Shown here in pieces: positions 37,809-47,537 of a DNA stretch of 64,000 bases. The translations under genes were made by a program, and so were the position numbers. Origin of the DNA: Gammaproteobacteria bacterium (lineage in GTDB: Bacteria > Pseudomonadota > Gammaproteobacteria > Steroidobacterales > Steroidobacteraceae); NCBI GenBank assembly GCA_013289615.1, contig JABCZO010000005.1, positions 54,371 to 118,370 on the forward strand, given 5' to 3'. The notes under the pieces were generated by a model. It saw only the letters and a list, made by a program, of their open reading frames with translations, was not told the DNA's origin and made no database searches. The first letter of the stretch is position 1, and each line of letters begins with the position of its first letter.

Positions 37809-39875
37809 TCAGGCCGATATCGGCTGCAGCGCCGCCGGCGCATCGGGCAGCAGATTGGCGAACGAGGGCCGGCCGGCCTGCTGGGCCTGCAGCAGCTGCA
37901 GCAGCTCATCGATGCTGCGGGCCTGGCCGAACAGCTGGCCCTGGGCGAAATTGCAGCGGCTGGCGTGCAGGAATTCCAGCTGGCGCACCGACTCGACCCC
38001 CTCGGCCACGACTTCCATGCCGAGGCTGTGGCCCATGTCGATGATGGTCCGGACCAGCACCGCATCGGCCGGATCGTCGGCAGCATCGCGCACGAACGAC
38101 TGGTCGATTTTCAGCGTACCGATCGGGAACTGCTGCAATGCTGACAGCGACGAATAGCCGGTCCCGAAATCGTCGATCGACAGATGCAGCCCCATGTCAT
38201 GCAGCTGGTTGAGCATCTGCACCGTGCGGCGCGGATCGGCCATCAGGGTGGTCTCGGTGATCTCGAGCTCCAGGTTTCGCGTGGGTACTTCATGCCGTTC
38301 GAATACCGAGCGGCAGTTGAGGATGAAGCTAGCCTGCTTGAGCTGTTTGAGCGACAGATTGAGCGAGATGCGCCCCGGGTCGGCCACATGCCGGCGCAGT
38401 GCGCGAAAATCCATGCATACACGCTCGAGCACCCACTCGCCGATGGCGCTGATCAGGTTGTTCTCTTCCGCAATCGGGATGAACTGCGCCGGCGGAATGT
38501 CGCCGTGTCCAGGCAATCGCCAGCGCAGCAGCGCCTCAGCGCCAACCACGCGGCCGTCGCGCAGGTCCACCTTCGGCTGGTAGCGCACCACGAACTCGTC
38601 GCGCTCGACCGCGCGCCGCAGCTTGCTCTTGAGCATCAGCCGCTCGACCGCGGCCGCATTCATCTCCGGCGAATAGAAGGCGTAGGTGTTACCACCGTTC
38701 TGCTTCGAGTAGTACATGGCAGCATCGGCGTTACGAATCAGATCGATCACGTTTTCCGCATCGCGCGGGCACAATGCAATACCGATGCTGACCGTCAGGA
38801 ACACTTCCTGCTGATTGATGTGGAACGCCTCGCCGGCGGCGTGCAGCACGGTACGGGCGAGCTGCGCTACCTGGCCCCCGGCCTCGTCGGCGTCCTGGCT
38901 CACGCTATCGACAAACAGCGCGAACTCATCGCCGGCCAGACGCCCGATTACCGCCTCGGTGTTCAGCACCCGCGTCAGGCGCTCGGTGAGCACCTCGAGC
39001 ACCCGATCGCCCGAGGCGTGGCCGAAGGTGTCGTTGACCTCCTTGAAGCGATCCATGTCCACGTACAGCATGGCGACCCCGTGGCCACTGCGCCGCGAAC
39101 GGGCGATCGCCTGCTGCAGCAGGTGCTGAAACTGCATCCGGTTGGGAATCTTGGTGAGCGCGTCGTAGCGCGCAAGATAGCGGATGCGCCGCTCGGCGCG
39201 CTTGCGCTCGGTGATGTCGCGGGCAACGTAGATCTCGCCTTCGAATTCCGGGTCCTCGGTGGCGACGGTCGAACCGACGAATGACACCGGGATGGTCTGC
39301 CCGGCGCGGGTGCGCAGCACCGTCTCGCCGGCGTCGCGCGCGACCTGCAGCGGGTCGGGGCCGAGCTTGTCGCCCTGGTCCAGCAACGTCACCAGGTTCT
39401 TGCCGATCAACTCGTCATCGCCGTAACCGGTCAGCTGGCAGGCGGCGTCATTGGCAATGCGCACGCTGCCGCCGGGAGCGGTGACGAATACCGCATCGGT
39501 CATGCTGTTGAGCACGCTGTGCAGGTAATTGCGGGTGAAGGTGGTGTTGCGCAGCGCCAGGCGCATGTTTTCGAACGCATGTTCCAGCTCGCCGATCTTG
39601 TCGCTGCGGGTGCTCACCAGCGCCTGATGAAACTCGCCGCGACTGATCTGCACGGCGGCACCGATCAGTCCACGCACGGCGTGATCCAGACGCTGACGCT
39701 GACGCCACGACCAGAAGCCGGGTAGCATCACGGCGAATGCGGCGAATAGTCCCGATAGCAGCAGGACCGACAATGGGGTGTCGTAGCTTCGGGCGAGGTA
39801 GCCCAGCAGCGCTGCTACCCCCAGGAAGACGCTGCACAGGATCAGCATCAGGTACTTGAATCGCGGGCCGTTCAT
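37809..39875 (-). CDS. Membrane sensor protein HAMP-PAS-GGDEF(degenerate)-EAL
   Basis: It has two N-terminal TM segments, a HAMP domain (IGAAVQISRGEFHQ...IGELEHAFENM) and a PAS domain (LHSVLNSMTDAVFV). The GGDEF site reads RLAGDEF. The EAL domain is intact (EALLRW, ELEITE, DDFGTGYSS, KIDQSF, EGVE). Confidence 0.88.
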   Translation of the reverse strand: MNGPRFKYLMLILCSVFLGVAALLGYLARSYDTPLSVLLLSGLFAAFAVMLPGFWSWRQRQRLDHAVRGLIGAAVQISRGEFHQALVSTRSDKIGELEHAFENMRLALRNTTFTRNYLHSVLNSMTDAVFVTAPGGSVRIANDAACQLTGYGDDELIGKNLVTLLDQGDKLGPDPLQVARDAGETVLRTRAGQTIPVSFVGSTVATEDPEFEGEIYVARDITERKRAERRIRYLARYDALTKIPNRMQFQHLLQQAIARSRRSGHGVAMLYVDMDRFKEVNDTFGHASGDRVLEVLTERLTRVLNTEAVIGRLAGDEFALFVDSVSQDADEAGGQVAQLARTVLHAAGEAFHINQQEVFLTVSIGIALCPRDAENVIDLIRNADAAMYYSKQNGGNTYAFYSPEMNAAAVERLMLKSKLRRAVERDEFVVRYQPKVDLRDGRVVGAEALLRWRLPGHGDIPPAQFIPIAEENNLISAIGEWVLERVCMDFRALRRHVADPGRISLNLSLKQLKQASFILNCRSVFERHEVPTRNLELEITETTLMADPRRTVQMLNQLHDMGLHLSIDDFGTGYSSLSALQQFPIGTLKIDQSFVRDAADDPADAVLVRTIIDMGHSLGMEVVAEGVESVRQLEFLHASRCNFAQGQLFGQARSIDELLQLLQAQQAGRPSFANLLPDAPAALQPISA

Positions 39876-39938
39876 CCGGCCTCCATGGATATTTAACTTT
39901 AGAATGATGCCGTATGTACGGCACGGCGGCTAGCAAAA

Positions 39939-40685
39939 ATGTCGGTACTTAGTGCCGAACAGTTGACCGGGCGCGTGCGCAGTCACGTGATCGATCTACC
40001 GGATGCGGGAGGCACACTGCACCCCGATGCGGCTGCGGCGTTCCTTGGTCTGCGCGCCGCAGCCCTGCAGAGTGACATAGATCTGGCCCCGGTCTCCACC
40101 TTTCGCACCTTCCAGCACCAGCTGAGCATCTGGAACGATAAGTTCCACGGCCGCCGGCCGCTACTCGACCAGCGGGGCCGCGGCCTGGATCCAGCCGTTA
40201 TGACCGATGAGCAGGTAGTGGGCGCGATCCTGCTGTGGTCGGCGTTGCCGGGCGCGAGCCGCCATCATTGGGGCACCGACATCGATGTGATCGATCGGGC
40301 CGCCCTGGCTCAGGGCCAGCGCCCGCAGCTGATCCCGGTGGAATATGCCTCCGGCGGGGCATTCGCCAGGCTTGGCACCTGGTTGCCAAGGCACTGTGAG
40401 GACTACGGATTTTTCCTGCCGTACGACCTAGATCGCGGCGGCGTACGGCCGGAGCCGTGGCATTTGAGCTTCGCGCCGCTCTCGAGCAAGGCGCTGCCAG
40501 CCCTGACAGTGGCGGTTCTGGCTGCGGCGCTGACCGATGTCGAATTGGCGGGAGCGGCGGTGGTGCGCCGGCAGCTGGCCGACATCCACACGCGTTATGT
40601 CTGCGCCGTGGCGCAGCCCGGTGCGGCGGCGCTGGCGGCCGGGCTGGCGGCCGGGTGGCTCAATCCTGCAGCCAGGCCTTCTTGA
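39939..40685 (+). CDS. Peptidase M15 (VanY / D-Ala-D-Ala carboxypeptidase-like) family protein
   Basis: The zinc ligand motifs are SRHHWGTDIDV and EPWHL. Confidence 0.75.
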   Translation: MSVLSAEQLTGRVRSHVIDLPDAGGTLHPDAAAAFLGLRAAALQSDIDLAPVSTFRTFQHQLSIWNDKFHGRRPLLDQRGRGLDPAVMTDEQVVGAILLWSALPGASRHHWGTDIDVIDRAALAQGQRPQLIPVEYASGGAFARLGTWLPRHCEDYGFFLPYDLDRGGVRPEPWHLSFAPLSSKALPALTVAVLAAALTDVELAGAAVVRRQLADIHTRYVCAVAQPGAAALAAGLAAGWLNPAARPS

Positions 40686-41658
40686 AGTAGCCCAGCATCA
40701 GGCTGCGCACCCGGCCCAGGGTGTTAGGATCGGCCGCGTGCAGCGGCGGATTTCGCCGCAACATGCGCCAGCTCTCGCTGCGCAGGATCTGTTCCAGGTA
40801 GTTCATGTTGCGGTCGATGGCCTCGATGTAGGGATTGCGGCCGTCGAACAGGATTTCCAGGTAGCGATAGGCACCGCCGAAGCGATCGTCCAGGCGGGTC
40901 GCCCGGGTATTGGCCACAAAGGCCGGCGTCTGGCGCAGCAGATCCAGACCCGAGGCATAGCGCACTTCGCGCGCACCGTCCGCGGTGGACATCGCCACAC
41001 CGCCGAGCACGAATTCCGGGTACAGCCGGTCGCGACATTTCTCCAGATAGCAGCGGTCCGCCAGCTGAGCGATCATGTCGGCGGTGCCGAGCAGATGCCC
41101 GAGCGCGATGTCACGCGCATCGTCGGTCACAATCTGATCGAACGGTCGCTCATAGCCGGTGAAATGGATGACCTGGGCGGCGACATCGGCCCACTGCGGC
41201 AGCCCTATCTGCGGCAGGTAGTGCGACAGGAATTCAGCGCCGCGGCTGACGTGGTTGAGGGTGAATTCCGCCCCATTGGCCTGCGCGCGATCGCTGCTTC
41301 GGCGCAGGTACCCCACGTCATGGAACAGAGCCAGGATCACGCCGGCGGTGGCGCGCTCCGAGGTCAGCTGGCGCTCGCCCTCCACCTGGCGCTCGTAGCC
41401 GGCGAGCAGCCGCGCCATCGCCAGCGTGACGTCGAGCGTGTGCTGCCGATCGTGATAGACCGTGTCGACACCGGAAAATCCGGGCATGCGGCCGGCAAAC
41501 AACGCGTCGAAATCGGCAAATGCACGCTCGACCGGGGCCAGCATCATGTGCGGCCAGGTGGAGACCAGCAGCTGCTCGACCGCGCGCAACACCGACTGCG
41601 GCGAGCTGACCCGCACCGTGTTTGTAATGTCGTAGTCGCTGCGGCGGATGTTGGCCAT
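40660..41658 (-). CDS. HD-domain metal-dependent phosphohydrolase
   Basis: It has YHDRQHTLDV and LFHDVGY and no HD-GYP signature. Its 3' end overlaps the M15 gene by 26 nt (convergent genes). Confidence 0.7.
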   Translation of the reverse strand: MANIRRSDYDITNTVRVSSPQSVLRAVEQLLVSTWPHMMLAPVERAFADFDALFAGRMPGFSGVDTVYHDRQHTLDVTLAMARLLAGYERQVEGERQLTSERATAGVILALFHDVGYLRRSSDRAQANGAEFTLNHVSRGAEFLSHYLPQIGLPQWADVAAQVIHFTGYERPFDQIVTDDARDIALGHLLGTADMIAQLADRCYLEKCRDRLYPEFVLGGVAMSTADGAREVRYASGLDLLRQTPAFVANTRATRLDDRFGGAYRYLEILFDGRNPYIEAIDRNMNYLEQILRSESWRMLRRNPPLHAADPNTLGRVRSLMLGYFKKAWLQD

Positions 41659-41819
41659 GTCGGCGCCAAGGTATCAGAGTAGCTGTAATTGTTCGTCGGG
41701 CAGAGCCGTGGATTGCGAAAGTCTAGGACAGCGTGCGATGAACCACCTGCGACGCGCCGCACACTTTGAGGACATAAGGCGCCCCCCTGGCGCCGTTTCG
41801 CCACCGGTGCGCGCAGCTG

Positions 41820-42587
41820 CTATATGTCAAAGCTTGCGACCACCGGTGCGTGATCGGATGCCCGCTCGCCGCTGCGCGCCAGCCGGTCGATACGGCAGCC
41901 CGTGCAGTGCGGCGCCAGCAGTGTCGATGCCAGGATCAGGTCGATACGCAGGCCATTATTGCGCCGGAAGGCGCCCGCGCGATAGTCCCACCAGCTGAAG
42001 CTTTGCGGCGCCTGATCGAACTGGCGGAACACATCGACAAAGCCCATCTGCAGCAGATCGCCGAGCGCCTCGCGTTCCGGCGCACTCACGTGCACCGATC
42101 CCGCCCAGGCTTGCGGGTCGTGCACGTCGCGATCCTCGGGCGCAATGTTGAAATCCCCGAGCACCAGCAGCCGCGGGTATTGCGCCTGCTCGGCGCGCAG
42201 CCACGCGCGCAGCGCCTTGAGCCAGCGCAGTTTGTAGTCGTACTTATCCGATCCGATCGACTGGCCGTTCGGTACGTACAGGTTTACCACCCGCACTGCG
42301 CCGCAGCTTGCCGCCAGCACACGCCGCTGCTGATCGTCGAAGCGCGGGATCTCGAGCACCGCATCACTCAGCGCTGTGCGCGCCAGGATCGCAACACCAT
42401 TGTAGGTCTTCTGCCCGTTGAACGCGCACTGGTAGCCCGCAGCGGCCAGCGCGGCGGCCGGAAATGCCTCATTCACCAGCTTGGTTTCCTGCAGCGCGAC
42501 CATGTCAGGCCGGTTGGCGGCGAGCCAGTCGAGCAGCTGCGGCAGACGCACGCGCAGTGAATTGACGTTCCAGGTCACGATCTGCAT
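41820..42587 (-). CDS. xthA: Exodeoxyribonuclease III
   Basis: Motifs present: [31 protein letters not shown] and SDHAPV. The start was set at ATG 42587. Confidence 0.92.
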   Translation of the reverse strand: MQIVTWNVNSLRVRLPQLLDWLAANRPDMVALQETKLVNEAFPAAALAAAGYQCAFNGQKTYNGVAILARTALSDAVLEIPRFDDQQRRVLAASCGAVRVVNLYVPNGQSIGSDKYDYKLRWLKALRAWLRAEQAQYPRLLVLGDFNIAPEDRDVHDPQAWAGSVHVSAPEREALGDLLQMGFVDVFRQFDQAPQSFSWWDYRAGAFRRNNGLRIDLILASTLLAPHCTGCRIDRLARSGERASDHAPVVASFDI

Positions 42588-42711
42588 GTGCGCAACGATA
42601 GCCCGCGCCTGATCGATGCGCGAGACCCCGGCGCGGCGATCTGCCGGCGGCTGGCGCACGCTGCGCGCTGATTGCCTCCAATGCGCCGTTTATCTGGCCG
42701 CGATGGGTATT

Positions 42712-42730
42712 TTTACGGCTTCTTTACGGC
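42712..42730 (+). promoter_or_regulatory. Putative KdpE operator: direct repeat tttacggc-N3-tttacggc (11-bp phasing)
   Basis: tttacggc occurs at 42712-42719 and again at 42723-42730. This resembles the TTTATA/TTTACA half-sites of the E. coli kdp operator. A -10-like gatagt lies at 42743-48, with the first ORF at 42775. Confidence 0.55.
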
Positions 42731-42774
42731 AGCGCGCAGCAGGATAGTCATGCGCCCGCTGCAAGGAGGCTGTC

Positions 42775-42867
42775 ATGGATCTGTGGTTTCTGGGCCTGAT
42801 CGTCGTGCTTGCGGTTTTGACCTGGGGCGGCATCGTTCTTTGCGAACGCTTGCTGGTGCGCCCTTGA
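42775..42867 (+). CDS. 30-aa hydrophobic peptide ORF preceding kdpF (not in the ORF track)
   Basis: AGGAGG at 42764-69 lies 5 nt before ATG 42775. The product is MDLWFLGLIVVLAVLTWGGIVLCERLLVRP. The stop TGA (42865-67) overlaps the TTG (42864-66) that opens kdpF. Confidence 0.55.
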   Translation: MDLWFLGLIVVLAVLTWGGIVLCERLLVRP

Positions 42868-42953
42868 CCACGCTCTATTGGATCGCGCTGGTGATCACGC
42901 TCGGGCTGTTCGGCTACCTGCTGTACGCGATGCTCAAAGCGGAGAACTTCTAA
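42864..42953 (+). CDS. kdpF: K+-transporting ATPase subunit F
   Basis: The 29-codon product (M)TTLYWIALVITLGLFGYLLYAMLKAENF matches the length and the C-terminal Y..L..AE.F pattern of KdpF. It ends 2 nt before the kdpA ATG. The TTG start is inferred. Confidence 0.7.
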   Translation: MTTLYWIALVITLGLFGYLLYAMLKAENF

Positions 42954-42955
42954 AG

Positions 42956-44755
42956 ATGAGCTCCAATGGGTGGCTGCAGCTCGCGATTTACCTGCTCGTG
43001 CTGCTGCTGTCGGTCAAGCCTCTGGGGCTGTACATGGCCGGGGTGTTCGATGGCAGCGGCGCCGTGACGCGCTGGTTGCGCCCGCTCGAGCGCGGCTTGT
43101 ACAAGCTCTGCCGCGTCGACGGCGACGCCTCGATGAACTGGAAGCAGTACGCGCTGTCGATGCTGGCGTTCAACGCCTTTGGCGCGCTCGCCGTGTATGC
43201 GCTGCAGCGCCTGCAGGCCTATCTGCCCTGGAATCCGCAGCAGATGAGCGCGGTGACGCCAGACTCCTCGTTCAATACCGCGGTCAGTTACATCACCAAC
43301 ACCAACTGGCAGGGCTATGGCGGCGAGTCATCCATGAGCTACCTGACGCAGATGCTCGGGCTCGGCGTGCAGAACTTCCTGTCTGCGGCTACCGGAATCG
43401 CGGTGCTGGTGGCCCTGGTGCGCGGCTTCACCCTGAAGCAGGCGCAGCAGATCGGCAGCTTCTGGGTCGATCTGACGCGCGCCACCTTGTACGTACTGCT
43501 GCCACTGTCGCTCATTCTCGCGCTCGCGCTCGTCGGCCAGGGCGTCGTACAGAGCTTCAGTGCCTATCAGACCGCGACACTGGTCGATCCGATCACGGTC
43601 TCGGAGCCGGTGACCGACGCGGCCGGCAATGCGCTCAAGGACGCCCACGGTAACCCCGAAACCAGGCCCGTGCAGGTGACCACGCAGACGATTCCGCTCG
43701 GTCCCGCAGCCAGCCAGATCGCCATCAAGCAGCTTGGCACCAACGGCGGCGGCTTTTTCAACGTCAACTCGGCACATCCGTTTGAAAATCCGACCCCGCT
43801 GAGCAACTTGCTCGAGGTGCTGGCCATTTTGCTGATCCCAGCCGCGCTGTGCTACAGCTTTGGACGCCTGATCGGCGATACCCGTCAGGGCTGGGCGCTG
43901 CTCGCAGCCATGCTGGTGTTATGGATTCCGCTGCTGGGCCTGACTGCCTGGGCCGAAGGCCGCAGCAATCCAGCCTACCCGCCCGCGCTCGCGCAGGCGG
44001 CGTCGGCGCAGCAGTCGGGCGGCAACATGGAGGGCAAGGAGACCCGTTTCGGCGTCGCCGACTCGGCACTGTGGGCGGCTGCCACCACCGCCGCGTCCAA
44101 CGGCTCGGTCAACTCGATGCACGACTCCTACACGCCGGTCGGCGGGCTGATTCCGATGTGGCTGATACAGCTCGGTGAAGTGATCTTCGGCGGCGTCGGC
44201 TCGGGCCTGTACGGCATGCTGGTATTTGCCATCATCGCGGTATTCATCGCCGGTCTGATGGTCGGGCGCACACCCGAGTACCTGGGCAAGAAGCTCGAGG
44301 CTTTCGAGATGAAGATGGCCTCGCTCGTGATCCTGATTCCACCGTTCTTCTCGCTGGTCGGCACGGCGATCGCGGTGTCGGCGGCGGCCGGTCGCGCCGG
44401 CACGGCCAATCCCGGCGCGCACGGCTTCTCGGAGATCCTGTACGCGTTCTCTTCGGCATCGAATAACAACGGTAGCGCCTTTGCAGGCCTGTCCGCGAAC
44501 ACTGCGTTCTACAACACCCTGCTCGGCATCGTCATGTGGACCTCGCGCTACTGGCTGATCGTCCCGGTGCTGGCCATCGCCGGCAGCCTTGCGGCCAAGA
44601 AACACGTGCCCGCCGGTGCCGGCACGCTGCCCACGCACACGCCGCTGTTCGTGGTGCTGCTGGCATCAACGGTCCTGGTGGTCGGCGCACTGGCGTTCTT
44701 TCCGGCGCTGGCACTCGGTCCGATCGTCGAGGAGCTGCAGTTTGCGGCGCACTGA
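42956..44755 (+). CDS. kdpA: K+-transporting ATPase subunit A
   Basis: The N-terminus is MSSNGWLQLAIYLLVLLL. The protein is polytopic and carries TNGGGFF and SNNGSAF selectivity-filter-like motifs. Confidence 0.93.
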   Translation: MSSNGWLQLAIYLLVLLLSVKPLGLYMAGVFDGSGAVTRWLRPLERGLYKLCRVDGDASMNWKQYALSMLAFNAFGALAVYALQRLQAYLPWNPQQMSAVTPDSSFNTAVSYITNTNWQGYGGESSMSYLTQMLGLGVQNFLSAATGIAVLVALVRGFTLKQAQQIGSFWVDLTRATLYVLLPLSLILALALVGQGVVQSFSAYQTATLVDPITVSEPVTDAAGNALKDAHGNPETRPVQVTTQTIPLGPAASQIAIKQLGTNGGGFFNVNSAHPFENPTPLSNLLEVLAILLIPAALCYSFGRLIGDTRQGWALLAAMLVLWIPLLGLTAWAEGRSNPAYPPALAQAASAQQSGGNMEGKETRFGVADSALWAAATTAASNGSVNSMHDSYTPVGGLIPMWLIQLGEVIFGGVGSGLYGMLVFAIIAVFIAGLMVGRTPEYLGKKLEAFEMKMASLVILIPPFFSLVGTAIAVSAAAGRAGTANPGAHGFSEILYAFSSASNNNGSAFAGLSANTAFYNTLLGIVMWTSRYWLIVPVLAIAGSLAAKKHVPAGAGTLPTHTPLFVVLLASTVLVVGALAFFPALALGPIVEELQFAAH

Positions 44756-44776
44756 CCTGACCGAGCGGGGATTGCA

Positions 44777-46855
44777 ATGACCACCGTCGCCCGCGCGCGC
44801 CCGCTGTTCGATCCGCCGCTGGTCAATGCGGCCATCAAGGACTCGTTCGTCAAACTGGCGCCGTGGGTGCAATGGCGCAATCCGGTGATGTTCGTGGTGC
44901 TGGTCGGCAGCCTGCTCATTACCGGACTGTGGCTGGTGCAGCTCGGCGGCGGCTTGCGTTCCGAGGGTCGGCCCGGCTTCGTATTGGCGATCGCACTGTG
45001 GCTCTGGGCGACACTGCTGTTCGCGAATTTCGCCGAGAGCCTGGCTGAAGGGCGCGGCAAGGCCCAGGCCGCCGCGTTGCGATCGAGCAAGCGCGACACC
45101 ACCGCGCGCCGCTTTCCGGGCGGCCGTACCGACCAGCCCTATCAGAGCGTACCCTCGAGCAGCCTGCGGCGCGGCGACGTGGTCCTGGTGGAAGCCGGCG
45201 ACACGATTCCAGGCGACGGAGAGGTCGTCAACGGCACCGCCTCGGTCGATGAGAGCGCGATCACCGGCGAGTCGGCACCGGTCATCCGTGAAGCTGGCGG
45301 CGACCGCTCGGCGGTGACCGGCGGCACGCGGCTGCTGTCCGACACGCTGCACATCCGCATTAGCGCCAATCCCGGCGAGGCCTTCATCGATCGCATGATC
45401 GCGATGGTCGAGAACGCTAGGCGCCAGCGCACCCCCAACGAGATCGCACTGGCAATCCTGCTCGCCGCCCTGACCGTGATCTTCCTGAAAACTACCGCGA
45501 CGCTGCTGCCGTTTTCGATTTATAGCGTCGCCGCGGCCGGCCAAGGCGCGCCGATCTCGATCACCGTGCTGGTGGCACTGCTGGTGTGCCTGATTCCGAC
45601 CACCATCGGCGGCCTGCTGTCGGCGATCGGAATTGCCGGCATGGACCGCATGATCCAGGCCAATGTGATCGCGACCTCGGGCCGCGCGGTCGAGGCGGCC
45701 GGCGACGTCGACGTGCTGCTACTCGACAAGACCGGCACGATCACGCTCGGCAACCGCCTCGCCTCGCGCTTCATTGCTGCCTCGGGTGTCAGCTCCGCAG
45801 ACCTCGCGGATGCGGCACAGCTGTCTTCACTGGCCGACGAGACCCCCGAGGGCCGCTCGATCGTGATACTCGCCAAGCAGCAGCACGGCATCCGCGGCCG
45901 CGACGTGCAGGCGCTGGGAGCACATTTTATCGCCTTCAGCGCCCAGAGCCGCATGAGCGGCGTGGACTTCGAAGGCCGGCGCATCCGCAAGGGCGCGGCC
46001 GATGCGATCGGCAACTGGCTGAGCGAACAGGGCGGTGCCCTGCCGCCGGAACTGCAGCGCGCGGTCGAGACCGTGGCGCGGCAGGGCGCCACGCCGCTGG
46101 TGGTGGCCGACGGCGCGCGTGCGCTCGGCGTCGTCGAGCTCAAGGACATCGTCAAAGGCGGCATTCGCGAGCGCTTCGCGGAATTGCGCCGCATGGGCAT
46201 TCGCACCGTGATGATCACCGGCGACAACAAACTCACCGCCGCGGCGATTGCCGCCGAGGCCGGCGTCGACGACTTTCTCGCCGAGGCGACGCCGGAAGCC
46301 AAGCTGAAACTGATCCGCGAGCATCAGCAGCAGGGGCGCCTGGTCGCCATGTGCGGCGACGGCACCAACGATGCTCCGGCGCTGGCCCAGGCCGATGTTG
46401 CGGTGGCGATGAATACCGGCACGCAGGCCGCGAAAGAGGCCGGCAACATGGTCGATCTCGATTCCAATCCCACCAAGCTCATCGAGGTGGTCGAAGTCGG
46501 CAAGCAGATGCTGATCACGCGCGGATCGCTGACCACCTTCAGCATCGCCAACGATGTCGCGAAGTACTTCGCCATCATCCCGGCGGCCTTCGCGACCACT
46601 TATCCGCAGCTCAACACCCTCAACATCATGCGCCTGGCAAGTCCGGACAGCGCGATCCTCTCGGCCGTGATCTTCAACGCGCTGATCATCGTCGCCCTGA
46701 TCCCGCTGGCGCTGCGCGGCGTGCGCTACCGCCCGGTGGGGGCCGAGGCACTGCTGCGGCGTAATCTGCTGATCTACGGTCTGGGCGGCATCATCGTGCC
46801 GTTCGTGGGCATCAAGCTGATCGACCTGGTGCTGGTCGCGCTGCACCTGGTGTAG
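44777..46855 (+). CDS. kdpB: K+-transporting ATPase subunit B (P-type ATPase)
   Basis: It has the DKTGTIT phosphorylation motif, [17 protein letters not shown] and TGDN. Confidence 0.95.
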   Translation: MTTVARARPLFDPPLVNAAIKDSFVKLAPWVQWRNPVMFVVLVGSLLITGLWLVQLGGGLRSEGRPGFVLAIALWLWATLLFANFAESLAEGRGKAQAAALRSSKRDTTARRFPGGRTDQPYQSVPSSSLRRGDVVLVEAGDTIPGDGEVVNGTASVDESAITGESAPVIREAGGDRSAVTGGTRLLSDTLHIRISANPGEAFIDRMIAMVENARRQRTPNEIALAILLAALTVIFLKTTATLLPFSIYSVAAAGQGAPISITVLVALLVCLIPTTIGGLLSAIGIAGMDRMIQANVIATSGRAVEAAGDVDVLLLDKTGTITLGNRLASRFIAASGVSSADLADAAQLSSLADETPEGRSIVILAKQQHGIRGRDVQALGAHFIAFSAQSRMSGVDFEGRRIRKGAADAIGNWLSEQGGALPPELQRAVETVARQGATPLVVADGARALGVVELKDIVKGGIRERFAELRRMGIRTVMITGDNKLTAAAIAAEAGVDDFLAEATPEAKLKLIREHQQQGRLVAMCGDGTNDAPALAQADVAVAMNTGTQAAKEAGNMVDLDSNPTKLIEVVEVGKQMLITRGSLTTFSIANDVAKYFAIIPAAFATTYPQLNTLNIMRLASPDSAILSAVIFNALIIVALIPLALRGVRYRPVGAEALLRRNLLIYGLGGIIVPFVGIKLIDLVLVALHLV

Positions 46856-46859
46856 AAGG

Positions 46860-47441
46860 ATGGCTGCCATGTCCAGGATCCTGCTGCCGTCACTGTTGAG
46901 CCTGCTGGTGTTCAGCGTGCTGACCGGCCTCATCTACCCGTTCATGGTCACTGGCATCGCCGCGCTGTGCTGCGAGCACCAGGCACAGGGCTCGCTGATC
47001 CGTCAGGCCGACCGGCTGGTCGGCTCGTCGCTGATCGGCCAGCCGTTCGACGACCCGAAGTACTTCTGGCCGCGTCCTTCGGCGACGACGCCACAGCCGT
47101 ACAACGGCGCGAGCTCAGCTGGTTCGAACCTGGGTCCGACCAACCCGGCGCAGCTCGATGCGGTCCGGACCCAGCTCGCGGCCCTGCAACAGGCTGACCC
47201 CGACAACAAGTGGCCGGTGCCGATCGATCTGGTGACCGCGTCCGCCAGCGGGCTGGACCCGCACATCAGCCCGGCGGCCGCCGAATACCAGCTCATGCGC
47301 GTGGCGCGCGCGCGCGCCATCGATCCGCAACGGCTGCGCAGCCTGGTTGCAGCTCACACGCAATCGCGCCAGTGGGCGCTGCTCGGCGAGCCTCGTGTCA
47401 ATGTACTGGAGCTCAATCTCGCCCTTGATGCGCTGCATTGA
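46860..47441 (+). CDS. kdpC: K+-transporting ATPase subunit C
   Basis: It has a single N-terminal TM segment and the motif ASASGLDPHISPAAA. Confidence 0.9.
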   Translation: MAAMSRILLPSLLSLLVFSVLTGLIYPFMVTGIAALCCEHQAQGSLIRQADRLVGSSLIGQPFDDPKYFWPRPSATTPQPYNGASSAGSNLGPTNPAQLDAVRTQLAALQQADPDNKWPVPIDLVTASASGLDPHISPAAAEYQLMRVARARAIDPQRLRSLVAAHTQSRQWALLGEPRVNVLELNLALDALH

Positions 47442-47537
47442 GTGCGGGTGAGCGTGCCGGCGCATTACAGCCAACGCACCAGCGGGTATAGTCAATCGAT
47501 CAAGCTCTGGAGCCCGCCGAGCGCGCACTGGTCAGGG

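Noticed and set aside
41778-41794. The hairpin ggcgcc-cccct-ggcgcc considered as the xthA terminator, and likewise gtcgcggc-cat-gccgcgac at 35044-35062 downstream of the GGDEF gene.
   Set aside because: The stems are real, but neither is followed by a convincing U-tract on the relevant (minus) strand, so I did not list them as terminators.
42672-42953. The 93-aa track ORF (or its ATG 42749 sub-ORF) considered as a long KdpF.
   Set aside because: Only the last 29 residues look like KdpF. The N-terminal part is Arg/Gly-rich and non-hydrophobic. The strong SD in this region is positioned for the +1-frame ATG at 42775 instead.
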